Part shown: in pieces, positions 8,816 to 20,226 of the stretch
How the letters are laid out: each line of letters begins with the position of its first letter
Numbering within the stretch: position 1 is the first letter of the stretch
Source: Ignavibacteriota bacterium
GTDB lineage: Bacteria; Bacteroidota; Ignavibacteria; UBA10030; CAVZMI01
DNA length: 64,000 nt
Reading direction: 5' to 3'
NCBI GenBank assembly: GCA_963776275.1
Contig: CAVZMI010000006.1
Location: 64,001 to 128,000 of the forward strand
Program-made: the position numbers and the translations under genes
Notes under the pieces: model-generated
What the model was told of the DNA's origin: nothing
Database searches by the model: none
What the model saw: only the letters and a program-made list of their open reading frames with translations

Positions 8816-10654
8816 ATGAGTGGTCATAGGTCTCAGATGCATCGGAAAACCGGAAACATCTATATTCTTCTCGGAGTAGTACTCACCGTTTTCCTCCAGG
8901 CCAGTATTGCTGAAATACGCGCTGAAGAACGATCAATAGTCTCCTTAAAAGAATTCACATCCATGGAAATGCGGCAGCAGGGCTTCACTATACCGAACAA
9001 TATGCGTGTTCACATCTATGCGCGCGGGGGAGGTATTTCAGACAGGAATTCCTGGGATGAAACCGAAAGAATGTTCGCGTACGGTTGGATTATCGATGCT
9101 TCAACAAGAAATGTGGTCTGGGAAATGACATATGACAACAGCCATCGCGAAGGAAACTATCGCATTTCCGATCAATATATCGATCTCACCAAAGGATCGT
9201 ACGAGGCATATTTCTGCAATTACGGATATTATGTCGATGCAGCGCTATCGAAATCACTAATGAACATCGACAGGCGACAGCTCAATGATGAATACGGCCG
9301 GCAGCGTTCTCACAACCGATGGATGTGGTTCTTTCATTTGTTCGGCATTGGTGATCATTCGTGGAGAAAAGAATGGGAAGAACAGGCGCGCAACTATGGA
9401 ATGGAAATTTATGTACAATCCTCCGAAGTCAACAGTGTCCGCAATTTCATACCCCCGCAGCAACTTGACAATACAGTCATGGCCATTACCGGCATAGGCG
9501 ATGGAGCCCATGTTGAAAAAGGATTCCATCTCTCGAAAGCTGTTCGGTTTCGAATTTATGCGATCGGAGAAGGACGCGAACATGAAGAGATGTTCGATTA
9601 TGGTTGGATTATCGAAACAGAGTCGCGTAAGCGTGTGTGGGAGATGACATCCGATCGTTACGAGCACGCCGGCGGGGCAATAAAAAATATGAAAATTGAT
9701 GAAACCCTTACCCTTCCTTCAGGAGACTACGTAGCTACATTTGTTACTGATGATTCACATTCGCCGGCGGATTGGAACTCACCGCCTCCGAGCGATCCCT
9801 TAATGTACGGGATTACGTTGACAATCTTGAAAGACGCCGAAAAGAATGCTTTTTCACTTAAAGAAGTCAAGGAGAATCGAAATATAATTGCGCAGCTGAT
9901 TCATGTTAACGATGATCAGACTCTGAACGCCGGTTTTATCTTAAAATCCGAAGAACACATACGCATCTATGCCATCGGAGAACGGTCGAACTCGCCCGAA
10001 AAGATGGCCGATTACGCCTGGATCGTAAACGCCAAGGATCGCCAGCGAGTATGGACAATGGAATCGAAAAAAACATTGCATGCCGGCGGCGCGTCTAAAA
10101 ACAGGATGGTAGATGAAGTTATTACTCTTCCCCGGGGAAAATACATCCTCTATTACAAAACAGATGACTCGCACGCATACGGTGAATGGAATGACGATCC
10201 ACCCAGCGATGCCGAACATTACGGTGTGACAATCTATGGGAACGGTGAATGGTTCGATCCGTCAAAGGTGAGCGCGGTCGAGCCGACATCCCCCTTTCTC
10301 GCTCAACTCACACAGATGAGGGATGATGAACATCGGACGTCTTCCTTCACGCTGCAGAAACCAGCACGAATTCATATCTATGCACTCGGCGAAGGAAGCG
10401 ACCATGAATTATCCGACTATGGATGGATCGAGGATATCCGTAGCGGAAAAGTAGTGTGGGAAATGACCTACGCCAAGACCACACACGCCGGTGGTGCCCG
10501 AAAAAATCGGATGGTGAATACGACATTCCTTTTGGATAAAGGTGAGTATCAGGTTCACTATAAGACGGATGATTCGCACTTCTTCGAAGACTGGAATGAT
10601 GATCCTCCGGACGATCCCGAAGCATGGGGGATTACAATTACACGCGAGGAATAA
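8816..10654 (+). CDS. secreted hypothetical protein with four tandem ~135-aa beta-rich repeats
   Basis: GGAGG RBS before ATG 8816; signal peptide; repeated IYA.GE..DYGWI..VWEMT..HAGG.KN..TDDSH..WN..PP.DP..GIT. Confidence 0.85.
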   Translation: MSGHRSQMHRKTGNIYILLGVVLTVFLQASIAEIRAEERSIVSLKEFTSMEMRQQGFTIPNNMRVHIYARGGGISDRNSWDETERMFAYGWIIDASTRNVVWEMTYDNSHREGNYRISDQYIDLTKGSYEAYFCNYGYYVDAALSKSLMNIDRRQLNDEYGRQRSHNRWMWFFHLFGIGDHSWRKEWEEQARNYGMEIYVQSSEVNSVRNFIPPQQLDNTVMAITGIGDGAHVEKGFHLSKAVRFRIYAIGEGREHEEMFDYGWIIETESRKRVWEMTSDRYEHAGGAIKNMKIDETLTLPSGDYVATFVTDDSHSPADWNSPPPSDPLMYGITLTILKDAEKNAFSLKEVKENRNIIAQLIHVNDDQTLNAGFILKSEEHIRIYAIGERSNSPEKMADYAWIVNAKDRQRVWTMESKKTLHAGGASKNRMVDEVITLPRGKYILYYKTDDSHAYGEWNDDPPSDAEHYGVTIYGNGEWFDPSKVSAVEPTSPFLAQLTQMRDDEHRTSSFTLQKPARIHIYALGEGSDHELSDYGWIEDIRSGKVVWEMTYAKTTHAGGARKNRMVNTTFLLDKGEYQVHYKTDDSHFFEDWNDDPPDDPEAWGITITREE

Positions 10655-10776
10655 AAAAAAAGTACCTAAAGGGAATCAAAATCTCAAATGTTAGGTTTGC
10701 CGAATCCCGATCCCGATGACCTGTCCTTACAGAGGCCCCACGGCCTACGGCTCGTAGAGGTCGTTGACCGCCGGAA

Positions 10777-11715
10777 TCAGCTAAGGGCGGATGAAGGCGG
10801 AGGTCGGGAGGAGGAGTCGAACCGTTCGTATGATAGCTGTCCGATTATCGCCCCAACGACAAAAATAATACTGGTGAGATAAATCCAGAACAGACCGACA
10901 GCAAAGAACGCATATGCACCATATACAGAGCGATACGATTGGAATGTCACTAAATAAAATGCGAAAAGCCGCCCCGCCACCTCCCAGAGAACCGCTGTTG
11001 TGAGCGATGAGACCCTCACGACTCTGCGGGGCGGTATTTCATACGGAATGAACCGATAGATGAAGTAAAAGGTGGAGAATGTGACGACAAAACTCACAAC
11101 ATATACAAGTGTTGTATTCAACACGAGGTATTCAAGAGTCCCCTTTTGAACCATAAAAAATCCCGACTTCATCGCAAACGATACCAGCCATGTAAATCCG
11201 TTCATCACCAAAAATAAAATCCCTATCATAAAAACCATTCCCCAATCGCGGAATTGGCCGATTATTAACCGCGGTTGTTTCGTGATGCCATAAATGTGAT
11301 GGAGAACCGTTCGAACAGACCCAAAAAGCGCAGCGACGGTTCCCAGCAATGCCACACTTCCCAGCAGCCCCATCGATTTACGATAAAAGATTACATCCCG
11401 AATAATTTCTGTGGCGATCTGCCGGAGCTTTGGCGAATAGAGCTGCGCAGGAAAGAGATTTGAGAGGACTTCATCCAGGCCGTTCAATGCCGACCTTGAA
11501 GAATTTAATACCGTTCCAAAGATAGACGTTGTTAGAAGAAGAAACGGAATGAGACACATCAACCCGTTGAACGCGATACCCGAGGCATAAAAAAGAATAT
11601 CATGCTGGAGGATTTTCCTGTACAGACCGGTTATATAATAGGTACTCCATTCCTTCAACGTTTGAAAAACCCGGTGTACGAACGATAAAAAAGATGCTGC
11701 AGGATGCAATGGCAT
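10777..11715 (-). CDS. YihY/BrkB family membrane protein
   Basis: YASGIAFNGLMCLIPF, IYRFIP, SVYGAYAFF..WIY motifs. Confidence 0.85.
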   Translation of the reverse strand: MPLHPAASFLSFVHRVFQTLKEWSTYYITGLYRKILQHDILFYASGIAFNGLMCLIPFLLLTTSIFGTVLNSSRSALNGLDEVLSNLFPAQLYSPKLRQIATEIIRDVIFYRKSMGLLGSVALLGTVAALFGSVRTVLHHIYGITKQPRLIIGQFRDWGMVFMIGILFLVMNGFTWLVSFAMKSGFFMVQKGTLEYLVLNTTLVYVVSFVVTFSTFYFIYRFIPYEIPPRRVVRVSSLTTAVLWEVAGRLFAFYLVTFQSYRSVYGAYAFFAVGLFWIYLTSIIFVVGAIIGQLSYERFDSSSRPPPSSALS

Positions 11716-11726
11716 GAACGTCCACC

Positions 11727-13345
11727 TTATGCCCGTTCCTGCCGCCACCACCGCTCGACGACATCGCTGACATTCGTTTCATACTCACAATGTTTCCAAC
11801 GTTCGTAAAACATGATATCAGAGCTGTTCGGAGCCGGAGATGGAAAATCGATCATTACACGAACAGGCAGCGGCGCCGCATCGCCGAGGAACAGTGCCTC
11901 CCCCTGCCGAAGCGATGGAAGAATATCAATAAGACTCGCAAGCGCATCCGGGACGAGCTTCTTGACATAATTCTGATCGTTCGGATTTGTCAGCCGCATT
12001 GTGACATAATTATTGCATTGGGCAAGAATCGTCTCGGAAACTTCGGCAGGACGCTGACTGATGATCATGCATCCGACTCCGTACTTTCGTCCTTCTTTTG
12101 CGATTCTCTCAACTGTTTTTTTCGCCGAACGATTACTCAACGTCGCAATACTCGGAAGGTAATTATGGGCTTCTTCAAAGACGATCATCACGGGGAAATC
12201 ACGCCGATGACGGTTCCAGACATTGAAATCGAAAATTGTGCGTCCGAGCAGAGATACAATGACATTCACTACGTCGAAAGGAGCGCCGCTGAGGTCGATC
12301 ACGGTAATTCTCTTTTTTGAATCCAATCCGAAAATACGTGTCAGCATTGTTTTCAATGTCTCGGATGTTCTAAACACCTTCGGTTTAAAAATAAATTCAT
12401 ACCTTTTATCGTTCAACCTGCTGTCGAGCCGGACAAGGAACCGTGTGAATTGACCGTAGAAGGGTCCTTCCTTCTCTTTCACGCCGCCTGTTCCTGCAAT
12501 CCGTTCTCGATCCAGGGCCTGCACACGTGCACGACCTCTACAAGATCGAAATACGCCGGCGTATCAACGGTCAGCGCATCGCGCAGAAGAGGATTGGCGC
12601 GTTTCTTTGCCTCGAGAATTGCATCTTTAAATACCATGATCTGGCTGTGCGCCGATTCTTCGGTTTCATCAATGAACGTCTCTTCCAATTCTTCAAAATT
12701 CATGAGCCAGAATGGAAGCTCAAGCTCGTTAATGCGGAGAGTATTTCCTACTCCCTCGAACGCCGCACTGTATTCATCATGGATATCCAGGATGATCACG
12801 TGTGTATCATTCAGGTTCTGGACCTTCTGAAAAATCGACGCGACCAGGCTGGACTTCCCGGCTCCCGTCGAACCGAGGACGGCAATATGTTTTCCAAAGA
12901 ACCGGTTCGGGTCGAGATACTGCCGTTCCTTTTCGAAGAGAGAAATAACGCCGACAGAAAAATCGTCCACCCGGTATTTTGAGAAGATCATTGCAAGGTC
13001 GTCCTGATCGGTCATATACACAGCACCGTCAACCATTGGAAAAACTGACAGGCCGCGTTCGAACTTTCCATCCGCGACGGTCCCAAGCAACTGGACATGC
13101 ATCAATTTACGTTTCGTAGTCGCCGTGTTTCCCGGGGTAATATAATCGATGATTTCGACATCAGTGATCATGCCTATGACAATGCGCTCTGATTCAGGCA
13201 TCATCACATACGAACCGACCTGGGCGATTTTATACGTTTCGCCGTCGATCGTTTTCGTAAGGCTATCACAATCCTCTCGAATCAGTGCGGTGACAATCGC
13301 ACTATTAACCGATTGAATTGAGCCGATGACTTTTTGTTGATTCAT
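11727..13345 (-). CDS. HerA/FtsK-superfamily ATPase (DUF87-type), apparent 1-nt frameshift near 12533
   Basis: N-terminal HAS-barrel-like QVGSYV; Walker A GSTGAGKS; LDIHDEY; FEEAHNY; ERIAKEGRKYG; SQRP; two ORFs join as EV(R)ARVQALD. Confidence 0.88.
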
Positions 13346-13495
13346 AGAAAAAACCTTTCAATAGAATGCTCTTGAAGTTAAGATAGGAGAATTTGGAAAA
13401 GTTGCAAGATGCCGCATCGCACAATAAAAAAAAGATAGAACTATTGGAAAGAGTAATGTATATTTAATATAATGTAAAAAAAGAAAGGAAAAATT

Positions 13496-14769
13496 GTGTT
13501 CGGAAAACATCCAAAAGGACTTATGGCTCTTTTTTTACCGAAATGTGGGAACGCTTCGGATTTTATACGCTCATGGCAATTTTCGTCCTGTACATGGACC
13601 GGGAGTTTAAATGGGATGATTCCTTAAAAGGGAGTATTTACGGAATTTTTCTTCTTTTATGCTACCTGTTTCCTATTGTCGGGGGATGGCTTGGCGATCG
13701 TGTACTAGGACCGAAAAAAACGATTCTTATCGGCGCGACCATGATGGCCGTCGGATATGCTGCCTTCGCCGCATCATCAATCGAGAGAATTCCATTATTC
13801 TTTCTCGGTATTGCTCTTGTTTCGATTGGCACAGGGATTTTTAAAACCAACGTCTCCGTAACGGTCGGAAATCTGTATTCCCAAAATGACCCCCTGAAAG
13901 ACGCCGGATTTAACATTTACTACATGGGCGTCAATGTCGGAGCAACGCTTGCGCCTCTTGCCGCTACTGTTATCAGCATCGTGTATGATAGTTACAATTT
14001 CTCATTTGCCGCCGCCGGTATAGGGATGGTGCTGAGCATAGTCTTTTTTTTGATGGGACAAAAAAATATTAGCGAACACAGCTCTGTCGGTGCGGCCCGG
14101 GATTCTGAAATCGGTACCAAGCTGCCGTCAGAAATAACTGAAAACCGACAACGTGTTTTCACTCTAGCGATTCTTTTTTCCATCGTAATATTTTTCTGGG
14201 TGGCCTTTTATCAAAACGGATTTGCCTTGACACTTTTTGCCGAGCGTTCAACGGTTTCGTACGATTTCTTACGGCCCGAGACGTACCAATTTTTTAATCC
14301 TTTCTTTATTCTCCTTTTAACACCACTGATGATTTCATGGTTCACGCGACTCCGGGAAAAAGGGAAAGAACCTTCAAGCCCCACAAAGATTTTTTGGGGG
14401 ATGTTCATTTCGGGTTTTTCCATGGTTGTGATGATTTTCGCAGCATCGGCCGGCGGCGATCTCGATCAGAGGGTCATGTCCCCGTGGTGGTTGATCTCAT
14501 CATACTTTGTCGTGACGATTGCAGAAATTCTTGTTTCGCCCATGGGTTTATCGTTCGTTTCGAAAGTCGCGCCACGCAGATGGCAGGGACTGATGATGGG
14601 ATTCTGGTTTTTTGCCACATCGCTTGGATCGTACGGCTCCGGACTACTCGGAAGATTTTATAGTACATTAACACATCACGATTATTATATGATCCTTTCT
14701 GCTATGCTTTTCCTTTCATCGGTTCTTGTATTGGTATTTAAGAAAAAACTCAGTAGATTTGCTACCTGA
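13496..14769 (+). CDS. POT-family proton-dependent oligopeptide transporter (homopolymer indel at 13530-13536)
   Basis: GTG start gives MFGKHPKGL; adding one T restores FFTEMWERFGFY; FNIYYMGVNVG and EILVSPMGLS motifs. Confidence 0.9.
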
Positions 14770-14808
14770 GTACCCCGGCGAAATTTTTCAGACTCAATCG
14801 GCGCACAC

Positions 14809-15994
14809 ATGTTGATCAAAGAAAAAATAGCACAGGCAGTCGGAATCCTTCAGGAATACTCAATCGATTGCTGGATTACTTTCACCCGCGAGAGTCAAAT
14901 TAACGGCGATCCTATCCTTCCGTTTCTTGTTCCGGCACCTCTTACATGGCACAGTGCTTTAATCATCACCGCAGACGGTGACACACACGCTATAGTCGGC
15001 GCTTACGACAGGCAGACGCTGGAAGATATCGGGGCTTATAACGAAGTGGTGGGATACGTCGAGGGAATCAAGAAACCGCTTCTCGAATATCTTCAGAAAA
15101 AAAATCCACAGACCATCGCGATCAATTATTCGAAGGAAAGCGAAACCTGCGATGGATTGACACACGGGATGTACCTGACTCTTACGGAATATCTCGGTGA
15201 AATTGGATTTGAACAACGGCTTCTCTCGGCCGAAAATATAGTCTCAGCGCTGCGACAGCGGAAAACAAGTTTAGAACTCGAGTATATCCAGGAAGCTATC
15301 TGGTATACCGAACGTATTTTTAAGGGTGTATCACATTTTATCTCTCCGGGCCGGACAGAAGAGGAAATCGCTCAGTACATACGGAATGAAGTCGAGAGTG
15401 CAAAACTTGAGTTTGCCTGGGATCAGAAAACCTGTCCGTCAGTCTTCAGCCGGTCCCGATACTGCCGGCGCGCATTACAATCCAACCGCGCGAAAAGTCG
15501 AGCCGGGACATATTCTCAATATTGATCTTGGCCTGAAGGTGAATGGCTATTGCTCCGATTTGCAGAGAACTTTTTACGTCCTCAGAAAAGATGAAACTGC
15601 AGTTCCCCCCGAAGTCAAGAAGGGATTCGATACTATAGTTGAAACTATCGAGAAAGCCCGGCAGGCTATGAAACCGGGCATACAGGGAATTGAAATTGAC
15701 AGAATTGCCCGGGAGTATATCGTATCAAATGGATACAATGAATTTCCTCATGCACTTGGACATCAGGTCGGACGTTACGCGCATGATGGGACTGCACTGC
15801 TCGGTCCGCCCTGGGAAAAATATGCACATCGCCCATATCATCCGCTGGAAGAAGGAATGGTCTTTACGCTCGAACCGCGTCTCACCGTCGAAGGTTACGG
15901 CGTGGCAACGGTCGAGAATATGGTTGTCGTAACGGCAACCGGGGCCGAGTATATTTCAACACCGCAAACGCAATTGATATTAATTAAAAAATAA
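14809..15994 (+). CDS. M24-family Xaa-Pro peptidase, apparent frameshift near 15450
   Basis: IDLG..GYCSDLQRT, HALGHQVG..AHD, TLEP, VENMV metal-ligand motifs across two overlapping ORFs. Confidence 0.88.
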
Positions 15995-16015
15995 AAAATC
16001 ATTCCGGAACGGAAA

Positions 16016-16210
16016 ATGGTCGAATTTACCCTGTTGATGTGGTTTGTAGTAAGTGTCGCCATTGGTCTCTGGAATCACGATAGAGGAAATGGATTTCTTA
16101 CAGGGTTTCTTATCTCTTTACTTTTATCTCCTGTCGTCGGTTTTTTTATTACTATATTTACAAAACCGAGACGAAATGGGAAAAAACCTAGGAAAATCAG
16201 AAAGAGGTGA
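16016..16210 (+). CDS. small membrane protein
   Basis: Two hydrophobic helices, RG..F..GFLISLLLSP pattern, basic tail. Confidence 0.65.
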   Translation: MVEFTLLMWFVVSVAIGLWNHDRGNGFLTGFLISLLLSPVVGFFITIFTKPRRNGKKPRKIRKR

Positions 16211-16213
16211 GTA

Positions 16214-16333
16214 ATGTTTATCGGACATTTTGCAGTCGCCCTCGGAGCAAAAAAAGCAGCTCCCAAAGTTTCTCTCGGTACACTCGTAATCTCGGCACAA
16301 CTGGTTGATCGGCATCGGATTCTCCGGTCATAA
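16214..16333 (+). pseudogene. internally deleted membrane-bound metal-dependent hydrolase-like gene (39 aa left)
   Basis: MFIGHFAVALGAKKAAPKVSLGTLVISAQLVD is a recognisable family N-terminus, followed directly by RHRILRS-stop. Confidence 0.7.
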
Positions 16334-16406
16334 GTTGTTTCACTTGCTTGACATTCCTTTAAGACTTTACGAAATTAAATACATAGAACTATAGAGGAGA
16401 TACTAC

Positions 16407-17270
16407 TTGCCCGACAAGAATCTTACAGCAATATTATTATTATCATGCCCCGACAGAAGAGGGCTGGTTGCCCGTATTTCCCACTTCATTTTCGAACGGG
16501 GTGGGAATATCATCGATCTCGATGAACATGTAGATTCACAGGAAGGACAATTCTTCCTGAGAGTCGCATGGGATATGCAAGAATTCAGTGTCGCCCCCGA
16601 TGATCTGGAATATGCATTCCTCCCGATGGCGAAGGAATTTAATGCGGAATGGACAATCAGACTCGACCGTAACAAAAAGCGGCTGGCAATTTTTGTCTCG
16701 AAATATGATCATTGCCTTCAGGAGATTTTATGGCGCCACGGTCTCGGCGATTTCGATGCGGATCCGGTGCTTATTATATCAAATCATGATGACCTTAAAT
16801 ATCTGGCTGATCGTTATCACATTCCTTTTTATTTTTTTCCTATTACATCGGAGAATAAAGCCGCCCAAGAAGAGAAGGAATTGTCCTTACTGGAAAAAGA
16901 GAAGATAGACACTGTTATACTGGCCCGGTACATGCAGGTACTCTCGCCAATATTCGTTCAAAAATATCCCAACCGTATTCTGAATATTCACCACTCCTTT
17001 TTACCGGCATTCGCTGGCAGCAATCCGTACAAACAGGCGTATGAGAGAGGAGTCAAGATAGTCGGCGCCACAAGTCATTATGTCACAAGTATGCTTGACG
17101 AAGGTCCGATCATCGAGCAGGACATCATCCGTATATCGCATAAAGATTCTTTGCAGGATTTAATCCGTAAAGGGCGCGATCTTGAGCGGCTGGTCATTGC
17201 CCGGGCTCTGCGTTTGCACCTGCAGGATCGTGTTCTGGTACATGGAAATAAGACGATCGTTTTTGAATAA
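16407..17270 (+). CDS. purU: formyltetrahydrofolate deformylase
   Basis: ACT domain CPDRRGLV; LARYMQVLS, NIHHSFLPAF, GVKIVGATSHYV, LDEGPIIEQD. Confidence 0.96.
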   Translation: MPDKNLTAILLLSCPDRRGLVARISHFIFERGGNIIDLDEHVDSQEGQFFLRVAWDMQEFSVAPDDLEYAFLPMAKEFNAEWTIRLDRNKKRLAIFVSKYDHCLQEILWRHGLGDFDADPVLIISNHDDLKYLADRYHIPFYFFPITSENKAAQEEKELSLLEKEKIDTVILARYMQVLSPIFVQKYPNRILNIHHSFLPAFAGSNPYKQAYERGVKIVGATSHYVTSMLDEGPIIEQDIIRISHKDSLQDLIRKGRDLERLVIARALRLHLQDRVLVHGNKTIVFE

Positions 17271-17301
17271 CATGCCTATCTAAACATAATTTTCATGACT
17301 T

Positions 17302-17964
17302 ATGAATAGTTTTTGTAACAGGATATTGGTAATTTTTGCTGCATTTACTCTTCAAATCATTGTAGGCTGTACCGATTCCTCGCATGATTCAAATGCCATA
17401 TCCATTATCCAACTAAATAAACCGATTATCACAAGGGTTGATCCCGACTCAGTAATGACGGGCGACACGCTTACCATCACAGGTTCACGCTTTGGTGAAA
17501 ATCAGGGGGTGAGTGCCGTTACAATCGGAGGGAAAAGAGCATTGGTTATATTATTCTGGTCCGACACCCTGATACGCGCAGTCGTTCCCGATGCGGCTGT
17601 ATCCGGAGATGTAAGTGTCACGGTCGGAGGACGCACCAGCGATGCCATTCCAATAACTATTGTACCGCCTCCTGTGCAATTATCATTTCTGAATAATGTA
17701 AGGCCGATTCTCTTGCTTAATAATTGTATAAATTGTCATGGAGGAGGCGTTGGTTTATACGTGGGGACCGTTACTCAGCTTGTCCAGGGTGGTGAGCATG
17801 AACCGGCAATCATTCCCGGTAATGCCGACAGCAGCCTTCTCATTATGAAGCTCTCACCAAATCCGCCATTTGGCAATCGGATGCCTATATACGGACCATA
17901 TCTTTCGGACAGCCTGGAGCAAATCATCAAAACATGGATCAATCAGGGTGCTAAGGATAATTGA
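17302..17964 (+). CDS. lipoprotein with IPT/TIG domain and c-type cytochrome domain
   Basis: Lipobox IVGC; GDTLTITGSRFG..WSDTLIRAVVP (IPT/TIG); CINCH heme motif, PGNADSSLL, RMP, WINQGA. Confidence 0.85.
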   Translation: MNSFCNRILVIFAAFTLQIIVGCTDSSHDSNAISIIQLNKPIITRVDPDSVMTGDTLTITGSRFGENQGVSAVTIGGKRALVILFWSDTLIRAVVPDAAVSGDVSVTVGGRTSDAIPITIVPPPVQLSFLNNVRPILLLNNCINCHGGGVGLYVGTVTQLVQGGEHEPAIIPGNADSSLLIMKLSPNPPFGNRMPIYGPYLSDSLEQIIKTWINQGAKDN

Positions 17965-18014
17965 TTAAGGAAGGAGTAAAAGTAGAATGTTCGAACAGCA
18001 AAGAGTTTAAAAAC

Positions 18015-18066
18015 CCGCCGGAAATAAGCATTAGTCTATCTCGTTTCTAACACTTATTTCCGGCGG
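18015..18066. terminator. long hairpin between convergent genes, probable bidirectional terminator
   Basis: CCGCCGGAAATAAG (18015-18028) / CTTATTTCCGGCGG (18053-18066) perfect inverted repeat. Confidence 0.6.
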
Positions 18067-18095
18067 AGGGTCCCTTGTTTAATATAGTCTTTTAT

Positions 18096-20192
18096 TTAGA
18101 AGCCGCTAATCTTTTTATTCTTCAGAAATAATGGTATAGTTGAATAAATCAACCGGTCTTGCGACTCCCTGATAAGCGATAGATCTCTCTTTTCAGCACT
18201 TTTTGCTGTTTCAACAATTGCTGATTTGTACTTACTAAACTCCTTTTGGGCCATGAGTTTCGACATTTCAGTCAATGTACCGCTTTCCAAATCAGCCAAT
18301 TTTTTCATCGAAACCGACAAACTCCGTAGATTAAGTTCTTTTTCCAGGTTCTTACCGGATAGCGTGATAATACTATCTGCACTTTTAATTTTAAACTCCT
18401 TCTTTAACATTCGGAAAAGGTTATTAATCCTTTTCATCGATTTATTTAAAACTAATTTCTGATCAGCACCTTGAGCATTGAAAATAATTCCTCCCATTTC
18501 TTTTTCATTCAAGTTCTCAGATAGTTTCACTGAAACCCGTTCTCTCTTCGCATTAATTTTGGGAGTGGTGATGACCATAAATGCCATTTTCTTTTCGCCT
18601 GGTTTTAACGGCACTTCCCGCACTACCGCTTTTTTCGCTTTATTTGTAATTTCAAGAATGGTGGTTGTCTGTGACTGTCGGACTTCTGCTCCTTCAACTT
18701 TTCCAAATTTTATATCCGGAGGTAATTCGATTCTTATTTTCGACGTAAGGGCCAGTTTATTTAATTTATCAATTATAATATCGACACTGGTCTCTTTATC
18801 AAGTCCATTTTCAATCAGGAATGGATATACAACGGTTCATCCCCATACATTATCTACAACGGTGACATTTATTTGGACTTTATTATTGTCCATATAGGCG
18901 TATCCACTGGCATTAGCCATGTCGCTTGCCACATTCAACACCGTATGCATACAATAATCGCCGGGAGCAGGGACACTGTTCCAGGGCGTGTAAATTACCC
19001 TCGATTCGTTGCTTAAAAGACCATTTACCATGACGGTACCGATTGAATTCCACGAAGCCATATTGGCCCATGCACTTGATAAACACCATGAGAAAGCAAC
19101 GCTCACACTATCGAGTGTGGTGCATCCTATATTATGGATTCTTCCGTACACATAATTAGTTTGTCCGAATTCCGGATCCAGATGCACTGTAATCCCGTCG
19201 GCTATCAACCGGTTCCATAAATCGGGACCATGGTACCATACATAATGTGAAATATCGCTGGGCACCACACCATTATCTTCCGTGTAATCACGGCTATAAA
19301 TTCCGCTGTTAATAACTCCCGAAGCAGGCAAAGCATTCACCGGTACGATCAGCGGTGAGATATTTCTGTAATCTCCTATTTGTGAAACGCTCAATACGGT
19401 ATTTGCATGGGTATATGTGTTGGCTTCTGCAATGGTTATTACACCATTTCCATCGGCATCCGATGCGACAGCGGCGCCTGTAGGAGTTTGCTGCCGAAGG
19501 GCACAGGCCGCAGCATAGCTCAACTCCCCATGAGGAACATCGTACATGGCCGAGTGTGCATCGACACAACATTCGGTGGCAGTATGAATCATTGTATGCA
19601 GACCCTCAAGATCGTCTATCAATCCCCCGCTGCGACAGGTCATGACATAATCTGTCTTAATAAGACACGCCGGTAGACGCTCGAAATAGGTCTTAAATTG
19701 GTCGTCGGTGACACTCTCGCCTGTTGTTGAAATGGAGGCATAATAATCTCCACAGGCACAACCGCCGCCATGTCCCATCCACCAGTAAAAAAGATAATCA
19801 CCACTCTGTAATTGCGGAATTCCATGAGCTACGTCGCCGGTCGACAGCCAGTTAAAGATATTATCTACGTTCGTAGCATTCACGGCAAAATCCGTTATAT
19901 GGGGTACTGCCGGATATACAGCGGCGGCATTGTAGAATGGATGAGCGCTATTGAAATCGGTTCCATTGCCGTACAGCACTATAATGTTGTCGTGTGAAAA
20001 CCCGAGATCAATTAACGTGCGATATAAAAAAAACATATCGTACCAAAATTCCGAATGATAAAACGTGTCGTCAAGTGTGGTCTCTCCTGCACTTATCAGC
20101 AGGGCATACTTTTGTTGAGCCTGTGTTGATGAAGCAACAACAAAAAGGCATAGAACAAAAGTAATAAGTGTAAGTATTATTATTTTTTTCAT
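18096..20192 (-). CDS. secreted C13/caspase-fold (clan CD) cysteine protease with C-terminal accessory domains; in-frame TGA at 18837-18839
   Basis: Signal peptide; YALLISAG, FYWWMGHGG, VMTCRSGGLIDDL His/Cys dyad; frame stays open after the TGA (TVVYPFLIENG...) into ORF 18096-18623. Confidence 0.78.
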
Positions 20193-20226
20193 ATTAATTC
20201 CCTTCCTATCGTCAAATTGTTGAACT

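Noticed and set aside
18837-18839. Selenocysteine or stop-codon reassignment at the in-frame TGA
   Set aside because: The position is non-catalytic and not Cys in the paralogous module. TGA ends other genes normally (e.g. truA, the POT transporter), the downstream hairpin is weak, and the change fits GGACC>GAACC.
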